Shown one piece after another: positions 41,324 to 52,776 of a stretch of DNA of 64,000 nt. This stretch comes from an uncultured Planctomycetota bacterium (lineage in GTDB: Bacteria > Planctomycetota > Planctomycetia > Pirellulales > Lacipirellulaceae). The DNA lies in contig CAVRBU010000003.1 in assembly GCA_963719315.1 (NCBI GenBank), forward strand, positions 384,001 through 448,000, read 5' to 3'. The number at the start of each line of letters is the position of its first letter. Positions within the stretch are counted from its first letter, which is position 1. The notes below the pieces were generated by a model. It ran no database searches, was not told the origin of the DNA, and saw only the letters and a list, made by a program, of their open reading frames with translations. The translations under genes were made by a program, and so were the position numbers.

Positions 41324-43711
41324 ATGATCGAACTTCGCTTCCAACCCGTGGTAAGTTTACCGGTCGTCTTGGCGGTGACGGGTGTGTTGCTGGGGTTGCT
41401 CTTCATTCGACCGCGGCATGTGCAGTTGTTACGCCGGCAGTGGGCGGCGTTGATTGGGTTGCGGCTCGCCGTCGTGCTGCTGATGCTGTTCGCGCTGTTG
41501 CGGCCGTCGCTCGTGTACACAAAAGTCGAACCGGTGAAAGGTTCGCTCGTCATGCTCGTGGACGGATCGCGAAGCATGCAGGTAGCCGATTCGCTGGGCG
41601 ACAAATCTCGCTGGGACGCGATGAAGCTGCTGTTGGATGCTTCCGCGAAAGACATCGCGAAGCTGGTTGCTAAATGGGACGTAACGGCGTATCTGTTTGA
41701 CCATGAAACGAAGAAGTTGGAATTACGCGACGGCAAATTGGAGTTGGCCGCGACCGCGGGGGGCGACGAGTCGGCCATCGGCGCGGCGATTGGCGACGCG
41801 CTCGATCGCGAAACGAGCAAACGGGTTTTGGCCGCGCTGCTGTTGAGCGACGGCGCGCAGCGCGCGGGGCCGCCGCGCGATTTGCCGCCGCAAGTGGCGG
41901 CCCGCCGGCTGGCGGCCGAAAGCATCCCGCTGTACACGTTCACCTTCGGCAAGAGCGGCGGCAGCGAACGGGCCGACTTGAGTGTGGGCGATCTCGTAAC
42001 GAATGAAACAATCTTCACCGAGACGCCGACCGAAGTGCGGGCGCGGCTCACGGCCGAAGGCTACGCCAACCAGCGCGTGAAGGTGCAACTTTTGTGGGAG
42101 GCCGCCAACGGCATGGAGGTCGTCGAAACGACGCTAGTGGACACGGGCAACGAAGGCGCTGCCATTCCGATCGCGCTCCGTTACACGCCGAGAAAGCCGG
42201 GCGAGTATAAGGTCACGGTCCGAGTTGAACCGCGCGAGGGGGAACTCATTACGAGCAACAACGAAGTGAGCACGTTTGTCACCGTGCGGCCGGGCGGCAT
42301 CAATGTGCTGTACCTGGTCGGAACGCAGCGCGTGGGGGGCGGACCGGGGCAGGAACAGCGATTCGTGCGGGCATCGCTGGCGCAATCGCCGGATATCGTC
42401 GTGAGGCGGCGGCTCATCAATTACGAGCCGCCAGGGGCGGATATTACGGACCTGATTGGGAAAGGCAGACCTTCGGAGGGCCGAAGTGCGGCGTCAGGAG
42501 ACCCGCGCACAACAAACACAACGATTCCAGCGCCGGATGTGGTTGTCCTCGATAACGTCGACATGCAGGGGCTGAGCCCGGCAAGTTGGCAGGCGATCGC
42601 GGAGCGCGTGCAGAAGGGCATGGGCCTGATCATGATTGGCGGCTACCACAGCTTCGGGCCGGGCGGATTTCGCAGTTCGCCGCTGGCCGACGTGCTGCCG
42701 ATGGAAATCGGACCGGCCCAGCGGCAGGAGTTCGGCGAACCAGTGCGGCAGGATGTGCAGTTGCCGGGGCCGCTCCACATGCGGCCGGCGCCGCCGCTCG
42801 GGATGCGGCATCCGGTGATGCAGTTGCAGGGGACAGGGTTCAGCGTTCAGGGTTCGGGCAAGAACTCAAACGCGGGCCCTGAACCCCAATCCCTGAACCC
42901 TTGGACGCAGTTGCCGCCGCTGGATGGCGCGAATCGGTTCGAGCGCGGCGAATTGAAGCCGAATGCGCAGGTGCTGGCCGAGGCGGACGATCCACAGAAA
43001 CATCCGCTGCTTGTGGCCGGTCAGTCGGGCGAAGGGCGCGTCCTCGCGTTCGCCGGCGATTCGACGTGGCGCTGGCAGATGGGCGGGTTTGGCGAGGCCC
43101 ATCGGCGTTTTTGGCGGCAGTGCGTACTCTGGCTCGCGAAGAAGGATGAGCACACCGAGGGTCGTGTGTGGGTCAAGCTGGCAGGCCGGCGCGTGGCGCG
43201 CGGGACGCGCGTCGATTTCAACGTCGGCGCGGATAGCCCACAAGGCGAACCGGTTGCGACGGCCAAGTTTGACGTTTCCGTGCAGTCGCCAGATGGACGA
43301 AGCGAATCGGTCCGACCGACGAAGACGGCCGATGGTTGGGCCACGACGTTCCGCGACACGACCAAGCCGGGCGATTACCGGATCGCCGTAAAAGCCAAAG
43401 ACGGCACCGCGGAACTGGGCACAGCGGAAGCCCGCTTCCTGGTGCCGAATCAAGACATGGAACTGGATCGACCGGCGGCCGAGCCGACCCTGATGGCCCA
43501 ATTGGCCGAAATGACCAAGCCGGCCGGCGGCGCGGCCCTCGCGGCGGAGGAGTTGCCCGATCTGTTGAAGCGCCTGGCGGCGAAACCGCCGGAGCTGAAG
43601 CAAGAAGTCGTCGCCAAAGTTACTTACTGGGACACGTGGCCGTTCTTCTTGATCTTCGTCGGGCTGTTGGGCGGTGAGTGGTATTTAAGGAAGCGGTGGG
43701 GGTTGGTGTAG
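41324..43711 (+). CDS. vWA plus glutamine-amidotransferase-like membrane protein
   Basis: VDGSRSM, LLSDG, GLIMIGGYHSFGPGG, DSTWRW, terminal EWYLRKRWGLV. Confidence 0.82.
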   Translation: MIELRFQPVVSLPVVLAVTGVLLGLLFIRPRHVQLLRRQWAALIGLRLAVVLLMLFALLRPSLVYTKVEPVKGSLVMLVDGSRSMQVADSLGDKSRWDAMKLLLDASAKDIAKLVAKWDVTAYLFDHETKKLELRDGKLELAATAGGDESAIGAAIGDALDRETSKRVLAALLLSDGAQRAGPPRDLPPQVAARRLAAESIPLYTFTFGKSGGSERADLSVGDLVTNETIFTETPTEVRARLTAEGYANQRVKVQLLWEAANGMEVVETTLVDTGNEGAAIPIALRYTPRKPGEYKVTVRVEPREGELITSNNEVSTFVTVRPGGINVLYLVGTQRVGGGPGQEQRFVRASLAQSPDIVVRRRLINYEPPGADITDLIGKGRPSEGRSAASGDPRTTNTTIPAPDVVVLDNVDMQGLSPASWQAIAERVQKGMGLIMIGGYHSFGPGGFRSSPLADVLPMEIGPAQRQEFGEPVRQDVQLPGPLHMRPAPPLGMRHPVMQLQGTGFSVQGSGKNSNAGPEPQSLNPWTQLPPLDGANRFERGELKPNAQVLAEADDPQKHPLLVAGQSGEGRVLAFAGDSTWRWQMGGFGEAHRRFWRQCVLWLAKKDEHTEGRVWVKLAGRRVARGTRVDFNVGADSPQGEPVATAKFDVSVQSPDGRSESVRPTKTADGWATTFRDTTKPGDYRIAVKAKDGTAELGTAEARFLVPNQDMELDRPAAEPTLMAQLAEMTKPAGGAALAAEELPDLLKRLAAKPPELKQEVVAKVTYWDTWPFFLIFVGLLGGEWYLRKRWGLV

Positions 43712-43719
43712 CAGTAGCA

Positions 43720-43782
43720 GTAGGGCGGGCACCACCCACCATAGCTCTTAGCCGACAGATTGGTGGGCAGTGCCCACCCTAC
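43720..43782. repeat. GTAG-type REP doublet between convergent genes
   Basis: GTAGGGCGGGCACCACCCACCA ... TGGTGGGCAGTGCCCACCCTAC. Confidence 0.8.
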
Positions 43783-44486
43783 TCTTTGTCCGCGGTCCAG
43801 GTCCAGTGGCGGTCGGAAGTCACGCGGACGGTGTTGGGCGCGACGCCGAAATTGGCGACCAATTCGGCCATTTCTTCCGCCGTGAGTGCCGCGCGAAGGG
43901 AATCAGCGAAGAGCCGGCGTTGGTACGGTGTAGCTTCGTTGGCGTACGTGTTGACCAGGATCTGCACGGCCGGTTCGTCGAGCGGGCGGGCGAGGTCGCG
44001 GTGGAACAACAGGCCGCCGGGGGCGGTGACGCGAATGGCTTCAGAGACGACCGTTCGCGGATCGGGGATGTGGTGGATGATGCTGTTGCTGATGACGACG
44101 TCGTAGGAGGCGTCGGCGAACGGGAGTTTTTTCGCGTCGGTGAGCGTGAACGTGATACGATCCGCGAGGCGCGCGGCAGCGATATTGGAACTTCCGAGCG
44201 CAAGCATATTCAGAGCGGCGTCTACGGCGGTAATGTGAACGTGCGGCGCGCGGCGGGCCAGCTCGATCGGGATTTGGGCCGTGCCGGCGCCGAGATCGAG
44301 GAGCTTGAGCGCCTTTCGCTGGGGGCTCGCTCGCGCTCGACCCCAGTCACCCTGCGACCAGTTCGACATGGCCGCAAGCAGATCGTTGACGAACACCGCG
44401 TTGACGGCGGAGTGGTCCATCGCGTCGTATTCACGCGCGTCGTCGGCGGTGTCCATCAGTTCAGGTTCGAGGGTGCGTTCAAGCAT
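43779..44486 (-). CDS. Class I SAM-dependent methyltransferase
   Basis: LEPELMD, LLDLGAGTA, YDVVISNSIIHHI, PGG. Confidence 0.88.
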   Translation of the reverse strand: MLERTLEPELMDTADDAREYDAMDHSAVNAVFVNDLLAAMSNWSQGDWGRARASPQRKALKLLDLGAGTAQIPIELARRAPHVHITAVDAALNMLALGSSNIAAARLADRITFTLTDAKKLPFADASYDVVISNSIIHHIPDPRTVVSEAIRVTAPGGLLFHRDLARPLDEPAVQILVNTYANEATPYQRRLFADSLRAALTAEEMAELVANFGVAPNTVRVTSDRHWTWTADKE

Positions 44487-44499
44487 TGCAATAGGGTTT

Positions 44500-44664
44500 T
44501 TTACCACAGGACACAAAGAGGACGGAGAATAAGCTAAAACTTTGTCTTTGCAAATTGGTCATTTGCCATTGGCCATATCAGAAATGACCAATTTCAAATT
44601 ACAAATTACCAATGACCAATCTTTGTTATTCTTTTCTTCGCGCTCTCCGTGTCTCGGTGGTAAA
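44500..44664. repeat. Composite nested palindrome, copy B (reverse orientation)
   Basis: Core 44541-44620 is the reverse complement of copies A/C; outer TTTACCAC/GTGGTAAA arms. Confidence 0.85.
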
Positions 44665-44668
44665 CACT

Positions 44669-45661
44669 TCATGGATTGATCACGATCTTACCCGCCAGTG
44701 CGCCGGACTTTCCTACCGTGCTTCCTTCTTGAAGGCGGTGGGCGGCGGCGGTCTCGGCCAACGGCATCACGCGATCGATGCGCGGTTTCAGTTTGCCGGC
44801 GGCGAGCCAGCAATTGATGTCGGCGGCGGCGGCCCGCAATTCGTCGGCCGTGGCGTTGAACATCGCGAAGCCGTACAGATGGCAGCCCTTCACGTAGAAC
44901 GGGCCAACCGGGAACGCGGGCCGGGCGTCGCGGCCGGCCATGAGGATCATGCGGCCGCGGGGGGCCAGGAGCGGAACGGCCTCTTCGAAATTTGGCTCGC
45001 GGAGCGTTTCCCACCAGACGTTGACGCCTCCGGGCGCCGCCACTTTGATGCGGGCCGGCACGTCTTCGGTTTTGTAGTTGATGGCCGCATCGGCGCCGAG
45101 CGCGCGGCAAGCGGCAACTTTCTCGTCGCTGCCGGCGGTGGTGATGACTTTCGCGCCGATCGCTTTCGCCATCTGCACGACCATCGAGCCGACGCCGCCG
45201 GTGCCGCCGTTGACAAACAGCGTTTCGCCGGCTTGCAACTTGGCATCGCGCACGAGGCCAAGGTGCGCAGTCAAGCTCACGAGCGCGCAGGCGGTCGCGG
45301 TTTCGTCGCTCACGCCGGTTGGAATTGGGTAGAGCCAACGCTCATCGACGGCGGCAAATTCGGCAAACGTCCCCTGACGGCCGAGCAGGCCCTGGCAGGA
45401 ACCCCACACGCGGTCGCCGACCTTATATCGCTCTGCGCTGGGGTCAACTTTTTCGACGACTCCGGCCAAATCGCAGCCGACAATGAACGGCAGCGGGATG
45501 TTCATGGGGATCGTGCCGGCGCGGATGTAAGTATCAACCGGGTTGAGTGCGGCTGCCTTTACGCGCACGAGGACTTGGCCTTCGGTCGGTGTGGGTGTGG
45601 GCAGGTCGCCGATGAGGATGTTCTCGGGCGGGCCGGGGGATTTGATGTATGCCGCTTTCAT
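44669..45661 (-). CDS. NADPH:quinone reductase (zeta-crystallin family)
   Basis: ALNPVD, GCDLAGVV, GGTGGVG, GKIV. Confidence 0.9.
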   Translation of the reverse strand: MKAAYIKSPGPPENILIGDLPTPTPTEGQVLVRVKAAALNPVDTYIRAGTIPMNIPLPFIVGCDLAGVVEKVDPSAERYKVGDRVWGSCQGLLGRQGTFAEFAAVDERWLYPIPTGVSDETATACALVSLTAHLGLVRDAKLQAGETLFVNGGTGGVGSMVVQMAKAIGAKVITTAGSDEKVAACRALGADAAINYKTEDVPARIKVAAPGGVNVWWETLREPNFEEAVPLLAPRGRMILMAGRDARPAFPVGPFYVKGCHLYGFAMFNATADELRAAAADINCWLAAGKLKPRIDRVMPLAETAAAHRLQEGSTVGKSGALAGKIVINP

Positions 45662-45705
45662 GTTCGTAGCCCTGCTCGATGGTTTGCGATGTCAGTTCTT
45701 CACGA

Positions 45706-45778
45706 AGACAAGGAGGCAAGGAGACAAGGAGAGGGAAAGACAAGGAGAATCATATTCAAACCGCAACTCCTTGTCTTC
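45706..45778. repeat. Octamer (GACAAGGA) inverted repeat; related copy at 49465-49542
   Basis: AAGACAAGGAGGCAAGGAGACAAGGAG ... CTCCTTGTCTT. Confidence 0.65.
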
Positions 45779-45842
45779 GATGTTATTCGATTGCGGTTCG
45801 ACTGCAATGGAGTGTCGCGAACTCAGTGCTTATACTAGCGGA

Positions 45843-47408
45843 ATGCCCCAGTCGCGAACTACCACCGGCATTTTTCTCGTAGTTTTGCTGGCGGTGATTG
45901 GATACGTGCTGGTGATGCTGCCGCCACGGCTCGTGGAACAGTATTACCATGCCCAGCAGATCAGCCCGTGGATTGCGTACATATATGCGGGAGTTGTTGG
46001 TTTCGGTGCGTTGCTTCTCGGCGCGCTGCTGCTGGCGATCCTGATTCACCTTTGGCGGAACACGCGGCAGAAGGCGGCCGACCGCGAGCGGCGGAATTTG
46101 AGCCCGAGCCAGATGTCGACCGGCGCACAGGAACAGGAATTTGCGGACAACCTCGCCGCCGGCCGCGAATTTGCCGATGCCGGGTGGATGACGCCGGAGG
46201 TCAAGGCGGAGATTGCCGCGGCCGTGGCGGAGCTCGAGGCCAAGCGCGAGTCGCAGCAATTGGAGATCGTGGCGTTCGGCACGATTTCGAGTGGCAAGTC
46301 GTCGCTCTTGAACGCGCTGGCGGGTCGGCCGGTGTTTCGCACGAACGTAGTGGGCGGCACGACGACGACGCGGAGTGAAATCCCCTGGGTCGCCGCGGCG
46401 ACCGATCACGTGGTGCTGGTCGATACGCCGGGGCTTGCCGAAGTCCGCGGCGAAGCTCGGGCGGCCGAATCGGCCGAGGCCGCGAAGAATGCCGACCTTG
46501 TGCTATTCGTCGTGGATGGACCGCTCAAGGCGTATGAATCGGAATTGTTGGAAGCGCTGGCGGCGATGGAGAAGCGGATCGTCGTCTGCCTCAACAAGGA
46601 AGATTGGTACGATGCGCCGCAGCGCGATGAGCTATTGCGGCAACTATCGGAGCAGATTGCGCCGGCGGTGAACGCGGCCGATGTCGTGGCCGTTCGCAGC
46701 CGGCCCACCAAGCGGCGGCGCGTACACGTGCTTTCGGACGGTACCGAGCAGGAGGAAGAAGTGCCGGTCGAGCCGGATATCGGGCCGCTGGCTAAGCGCA
46801 TGATGTCGATCGTGCAGCGTGATGGGCGTCAATTATTGTTGGGGAATCTGCTGTTGCAATCGCGGGGGCTGGTCGATGAAGCGAAAGATCGCGTGCTCGC
46901 GTCGCTCGATGAACGGGCCGAGGAAGTCGTCAGCAAATACATGTGGGCGGCCGGCGGGGCGGCGGCGATTAACCCGTTTCCGCTGTTGGATCTGGCCGGC
47001 GGCAGCACGATCACGGTCAAAATGGTGCTCGACCTGGCGAATGTGTACAGCCAGAAAGTGGATGTCGATACGATCGTCACATTGCTAGGGCAGTTGGGCA
47101 AAAACTTGATTGCAATGGTCGGGGCGTCGGCCGCCGCGCCGGCGCTGGGCGCCGCAATCGGATCGGTGCTCAAAACGGTGCCGGGAATCGGCACGATCGC
47201 GGGCGGCGCAGTGCAAGGGCTAGTGCAAGCGCTCGTGACACGATGGATTGGTCGCGTGTTTTGCGAATACTTCCGCCGCGAGATGCAGCCGCCACCGGGC
47301 GGCCTGGCCGAATTGGCGCGACGCGAGTGGGCCGAGGTCACGCGGCCGGAGCAATTGCGGAAGTTGATTCAGTTGGGACGGGAACGATTGACGAACAAAG
47401 TTAAGTAG
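45843..47408 (+). CDS. Membrane-anchored GTPase with DUF697/YcjF-like domain
   Basis: Two N-terminal TM segments; GTISSGKS, DTPG, NKED; NPFPLLDL. Confidence 0.85.
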   Translation: MPQSRTTTGIFLVVLLAVIGYVLVMLPPRLVEQYYHAQQISPWIAYIYAGVVGFGALLLGALLLAILIHLWRNTRQKAADRERRNLSPSQMSTGAQEQEFADNLAAGREFADAGWMTPEVKAEIAAAVAELEAKRESQQLEIVAFGTISSGKSSLLNALAGRPVFRTNVVGGTTTTRSEIPWVAAATDHVVLVDTPGLAEVRGEARAAESAEAAKNADLVLFVVDGPLKAYESELLEALAAMEKRIVVCLNKEDWYDAPQRDELLRQLSEQIAPAVNAADVVAVRSRPTKRRRVHVLSDGTEQEEEVPVEPDIGPLAKRMMSIVQRDGRQLLLGNLLLQSRGLVDEAKDRVLASLDERAEEVVSKYMWAAGGAAAINPFPLLDLAGGSTITVKMVLDLANVYSQKVDVDTIVTLLGQLGKNLIAMVGASAAAPALGAAIGSVLKTVPGIGTIAGGAVQGLVQALVTRWIGRVFCEYFRREMQPPPGGLAELARREWAEVTRPEQLRKLIQLGRERLTNKVK

Positions 47409-47460
47409 TGATCAAATCCCGCAGGGATTGTCTTTGTCGCAGATCGCTCGAACAAAACAA

Positions 47461-48828
47461 ATGACCTTGTCGTCTGACATCACTTCTGGAACTCATGTTG
47501 CTGTTGGCCTCGACAGCGACTACGAAGCGGCGATGAACTCGGTCCGCGATGCGATCGATAACTTTCGCGGTTGCAGCCCGGACGAACGGGCCGCGTTGCA
47601 GCGTGATCTCGATCAATTGCACGCGATGGCCGAGAAGCTCGCGACGGGCAAAGTTGAGATCGTCGTGTTCGGCGAAATCAGCACGGGCAAGTCGGCACTA
47701 ATCAACGCCTTGGTCGGCGAGGCGGTTGCGGAAGTGAATGTTCGCGGTGGCTGGACGAAGGATGTGTGGAACGTCGGGTGGAAGGGCGCGGGGTATTGTG
47801 TGCCAGGGTTGGCGGATTCACAGGTCATCCTCATTGATACGCCGGGTTTGAACGAAGTCGATGGGGCGCAGCGGGCCGTGATGGCGCATGAGGCGGCCGC
47901 CCGGGCCGATCTGGTGCTGTTCGTCGCCGATTCCGATTTGAATGAAGTCGAGTATTCGGCGCTCGTGGAACTGGCATCCACGCACAAGCCGATCATCTTG
48001 GTGCTCAATAAGGCCGATCTGTATCCGCCGAAGGAGTTGTCGGAGTTAATATCGGTCCTTCGGGGTCCGCGGTTGGCCGGCATTGTCGAACCGGAAAATG
48101 TGGTCACGGCCAAGGCCGACCCGCGACAGGTGGAGTATTACGTGGAGTCGGCCGATGGCCGCACACGGCAGGAATGGCGGAAGCCGGCGCCGGATGTGGC
48201 GGCCCTGCGGGAACGGATTCTGGAAGTGCTCGCGGTCGAGGGCAAGGCGCTGGTGGCGCTCAACGCCGCGATGTACGCGGCCGACAAGAGCGACCGAATG
48301 GGTGCGTTGCGGGTGCGGATGCGGAACGAAAAGGCGACGGCCACGATCTGGAGCTTCGCCGTGATGAAGGCGCTCGGCGTGGCGTCGAACCCGCTGGCCG
48401 TGGCCGACGTGCTGGGCGGCACGGCCGTCGATGCCGTCATGGTCGTAACGCTCGGAAACGTGTACGGGATTGAAATTACGACGGCCAACGCCCGCGAACT
48501 GATCGCGTCGATCTTGAAGGCGGCCGGCTGGATGATGTTGACGGAAGCGGCGGTGAGTTACACATCGTCGTTCTTCAAAGCGGTGACGGGGGGGTGGGGC
48601 ACGCTCATCACCGCCCTACCGCAAGGCGCGGCAGCGGGGTACGGGTCGTACATCGTCGGCCAAGCTGCCCGCTACTACTTCGAGCACGGCGCCAGTTGGG
48701 GCCAACAGGGCCCGAAGCGGGTGGTCGCCCGAATTTTGGAAAACACCGACAAGAAATCGGTCCTGCAGCGAATCAAGGAGGAGATCAAGAAAAAGATTTC
48801 GGTGAATCGCTACGCGGGGAAACAATAG
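47461..48828 (+). CDS. GTPase with DUF697/YcjF-like domain (paralog)
   Basis: GEISTGKS, DTPG, NKAD; NPLAVADV. Confidence 0.85.
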   Translation: MTLSSDITSGTHVAVGLDSDYEAAMNSVRDAIDNFRGCSPDERAALQRDLDQLHAMAEKLATGKVEIVVFGEISTGKSALINALVGEAVAEVNVRGGWTKDVWNVGWKGAGYCVPGLADSQVILIDTPGLNEVDGAQRAVMAHEAAARADLVLFVADSDLNEVEYSALVELASTHKPIILVLNKADLYPPKELSELISVLRGPRLAGIVEPENVVTAKADPRQVEYYVESADGRTRQEWRKPAPDVAALRERILEVLAVEGKALVALNAAMYAADKSDRMGALRVRMRNEKATATIWSFAVMKALGVASNPLAVADVLGGTAVDAVMVVTLGNVYGIEITTANARELIASILKAAGWMMLTEAAVSYTSSFFKAVTGGWGTLITALPQGAAAGYGSYIVGQAARYYFEHGASWGQQGPKRVVARILENTDKKSVLQRIKEEIKKKISVNRYAGKQ

Positions 48829-48831
48829 CTC

Positions 48832-48860
48832 TTGCACGGTTATATCAAATAAAGTATAGT
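48832..48860 (+). promoter_or_regulatory. Sigma70-type promoter of the TA operon
   Basis: TTGCAC-N17-TATAGT, ending 11 bp before ATG 48872 (near-leaderless). Confidence 0.7.
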
Positions 48861-48871
48861 CCTAATATAGT

Positions 48872-49153
48872 ATGTGGCGGATCGAGGAACATCGCCGGGT
48901 CGACAAGCAGGTTGCTTCGGCCCCGAAGGAGATTCTGAGACGCTACGAAAAGTGGAAGGACATCGCCGCTTTATCTGGGCCGCCAGGATTGCGCTTGATC
49001 AAGGGATTTCATGACGAATTATTGCAAGGAAAATGGAAAGGTTATCGATCGTCCCGTCTTGGCGACCAGTGGCGGGTGGTCTACCGTACGGTTGCAAAAG
49101 AATTGTTGTTTCAGGTCGCCTCGATCGCGGCGCACGATGATCGGAGATCGTAA
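48872..49153 (+). CDS. RelE/HigB-like toxin
   Basis: GFHDELLQGKWKGYRSSRLGDQWRVVY; toxin-first gene order. Confidence 0.85.
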   Translation: MWRIEEHRRVDKQVASAPKEILRRYEKWKDIAALSGPPGLRLIKGFHDELLQGKWKGYRSSRLGDQWRVVYRTVAKELLFQVASIAAHDDRRS

Positions 49154-49414
49154 ATGAGCACTTATCGCCCCGCGAAGAAACGTATTTCGGTGTCGGTGGG
49201 ACAGTCGGTACGCATTATCCGGGAACTCCAAGAACTGGGCCAAACTGAATTGTCGAGGCTGACCGGCATTCCGCAATCCACGATCTCAGCAATTGAAAAC
49301 GACCGCGTCCGACTGGGCGTGGAACGGGCTAAAGTATTGGCGCGGGCACTGAAGTGTCATCCCGGCGTTCTCGTATTCCCAGGATGGGAGCTTCCACACG
49401 ACGCTGTGGCCTAG
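49154..49414 (+). CDS. Xre-HTH (HigA-like) antitoxin
   Basis: QTELSRLTGIPQSTISAIEND. Confidence 0.85.
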   Translation: MSTYRPAKKRISVSVGQSVRIIRELQELGQTELSRLTGIPQSTISAIENDRVRLGVERAKVLARALKCHPGVLVFPGWELPHDAVA

Positions 49415-49495
49415 ACTTCCTAGTAGGGCTCATCGCTAGTTGACGCCCTCTTACTATTTTAAAGGAGAGACAAGGAGATTCTTCGTTCAACTCGT

Positions 49496-50065
49496 TCAAC
49501 TCGTTCTCCATGTCTTCTTGTCTCCATGTCTCCTTGTCTTCCCTGCCACCGGCGCGGGCCAGAAGGCGGCGGCGAGGGCGACTACGACGAAGATGCCGGC
49601 GACCGACAAAAGCATCCGGCGGAGGAATCTCCGACCGGCAATTCTTCGCGTGATTTCGTCTGCGTTGGAGGGCTGAAAAACGGGGAATCCCCGCTCTGCC
49701 ATTGGCCGGTAATAGGCGATCCAGGCTTCCCACGCCCCGACAGGGGTCTTGATTTGTTCTTCCACCTGATGCTCGCGAAAAACGGGGTCGAATTTCGGGA
49801 TAACCGGGTCCAACCACCAGCTCCAAGCGCTCCATCCAAGAAGCCCGGCGACGACAATCAGGCTGGCGGCAACAATGCCTTGGCGTGTGCCCCAACTTTT
49901 ACTGGTCCCTGCTTCAGCCACTTTGGCCTGAGGCAGATGGCGGAGTTGTCGCAGCGGGGGGACATCTAATTTGGCGCCGCATCGGCAGGAGACCTGGCCG
50001 CCGGCCTGGCCAACTTCGACGGGCAACGAGTTGCCGCACTCACAGCTAAGTAGATAAGCGGACAT
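49496..50065 (-). CDS. Cys-motif (CxCG) membrane protein
   Basis: LLSCECG...QAG...CRCG..LDVP; two TM segments. Confidence 0.7.
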   Translation of the reverse strand: MSAYLLSCECGNSLPVEVGQAGGQVSCRCGAKLDVPPLRQLRHLPQAKVAEAGTSKSWGTRQGIVAASLIVVAGLLGWSAWSWWLDPVIPKFDPVFREHQVEEQIKTPVGAWEAWIAYYRPMAERGFPVFQPSNADEITRRIAGRRFLRRMLLSVAGIFVVVALAAAFWPAPVAGKTRRHGDKKTWRTS

Positions 50066-50943
50066 GGGTTCGCCGCAGCAATCGCTGCAACTCTCTATTA
50101 TCAAAGGAGATGGGGCATCAAATCGAAGCTGAACGGGTGCCTCTGACAACGCTCCATCCGCAACATCTGGAGCGTAGCTCCGGGCGTCCTTCGGCCATTC
50201 TTTCAGACGCTATCACGCCTACCCATCGTAATGATTTTTTCGGTCCTGCCTATGGACTCGAATTTATGGCCGCTTAGAATTGAGAGGCTAAACCTCCCGG
50301 TCAAGGGCAGCAATCACTGTGTCCATGGACGCGGCGCCGCAGGGAGGCCACGCGAAATGACTCCGCGTGGGGCGCGAGCGCTCTGACGGGCGGCAATGAC
50401 CAGGTGGCCAGGGCCGAGGGAGGGCAGGACGAATATGGTGCAAGTCCGCCGCCACCGACACCCATGTGCCAGTTCATGGATTGATTTAATGCGAAGTTCG
50501 TCTCGCTATGGCGCGATGAAATTTCGTCCCACCGAATTGCAAACTGTTCCGTGCAACGCATCGACCGCAACCGGCACTAATGGTTCGCGCGGCTCAGAAG
50601 ATAAGTAGTAACGATCAGTAAAACTTGAAGTTGGCTGACTCGGCCTGCTCGCCGTAATCTTTTACCAAATGCTGCGACAAGCCAGCCAGCGAACTAGACA
50701 GTGTTAGAATTAGTCATTCACTTCACGGAAATCGGAGCGAGTTCGAAGTTTTTGTTGGAGGAGTTGTAATTGTCGACCGACGTTCGGCTCGATTGTCCGC
50801 GTGTCTCGCAGGGGGTCCTTTACCTACCAAGGCGCCTGCACCCGGCTATCGCACTAAAACGAACGTTGACAGTTCAGGTTCGTGCCTTTTCACCTGTTAA
50901 TCGTAATCTCTCGTTGGCCTAATCAATTGGTAGGAGTGTAATC

Positions 50944-52512
<1,569 letters not shown>

Positions 52513-52539
52513 ACGAATGACTGTTGAAATGCGTCCGCG

Positions 52540-52775
52540 ATGGCAGAGCATCCCAACAAACACATTCGCGCAGCGATTGAATATGCTGAGCAACGTGGTT
52601 GGGAGTTTGTGAAATCGAGCGCCCGGCGCACAGCTACGGCGCACTTTATTGTCCCCATCACGACAGAGACGGTTGTATACTTCAGGTTTTCAGCACACCG
52701 AGAAATCCTGAAAGCCATGCGCGGTGGATTCGCCGCCAGATCAATCGTTGCCCCCATGTCGGTGGAGGAACGTAG
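52540..52775 (+). pseudogene. HicA-like toxin (frameshift at about 52626)
   Basis: HPNKHIRAAIEYAEQRGW..SAR continues, after a 1-nt correction, as AHSYGALYCP..DGC..VFSTPRNPESHA..RCPH. Confidence 0.7.
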
Positions 52776-52776
52776 A

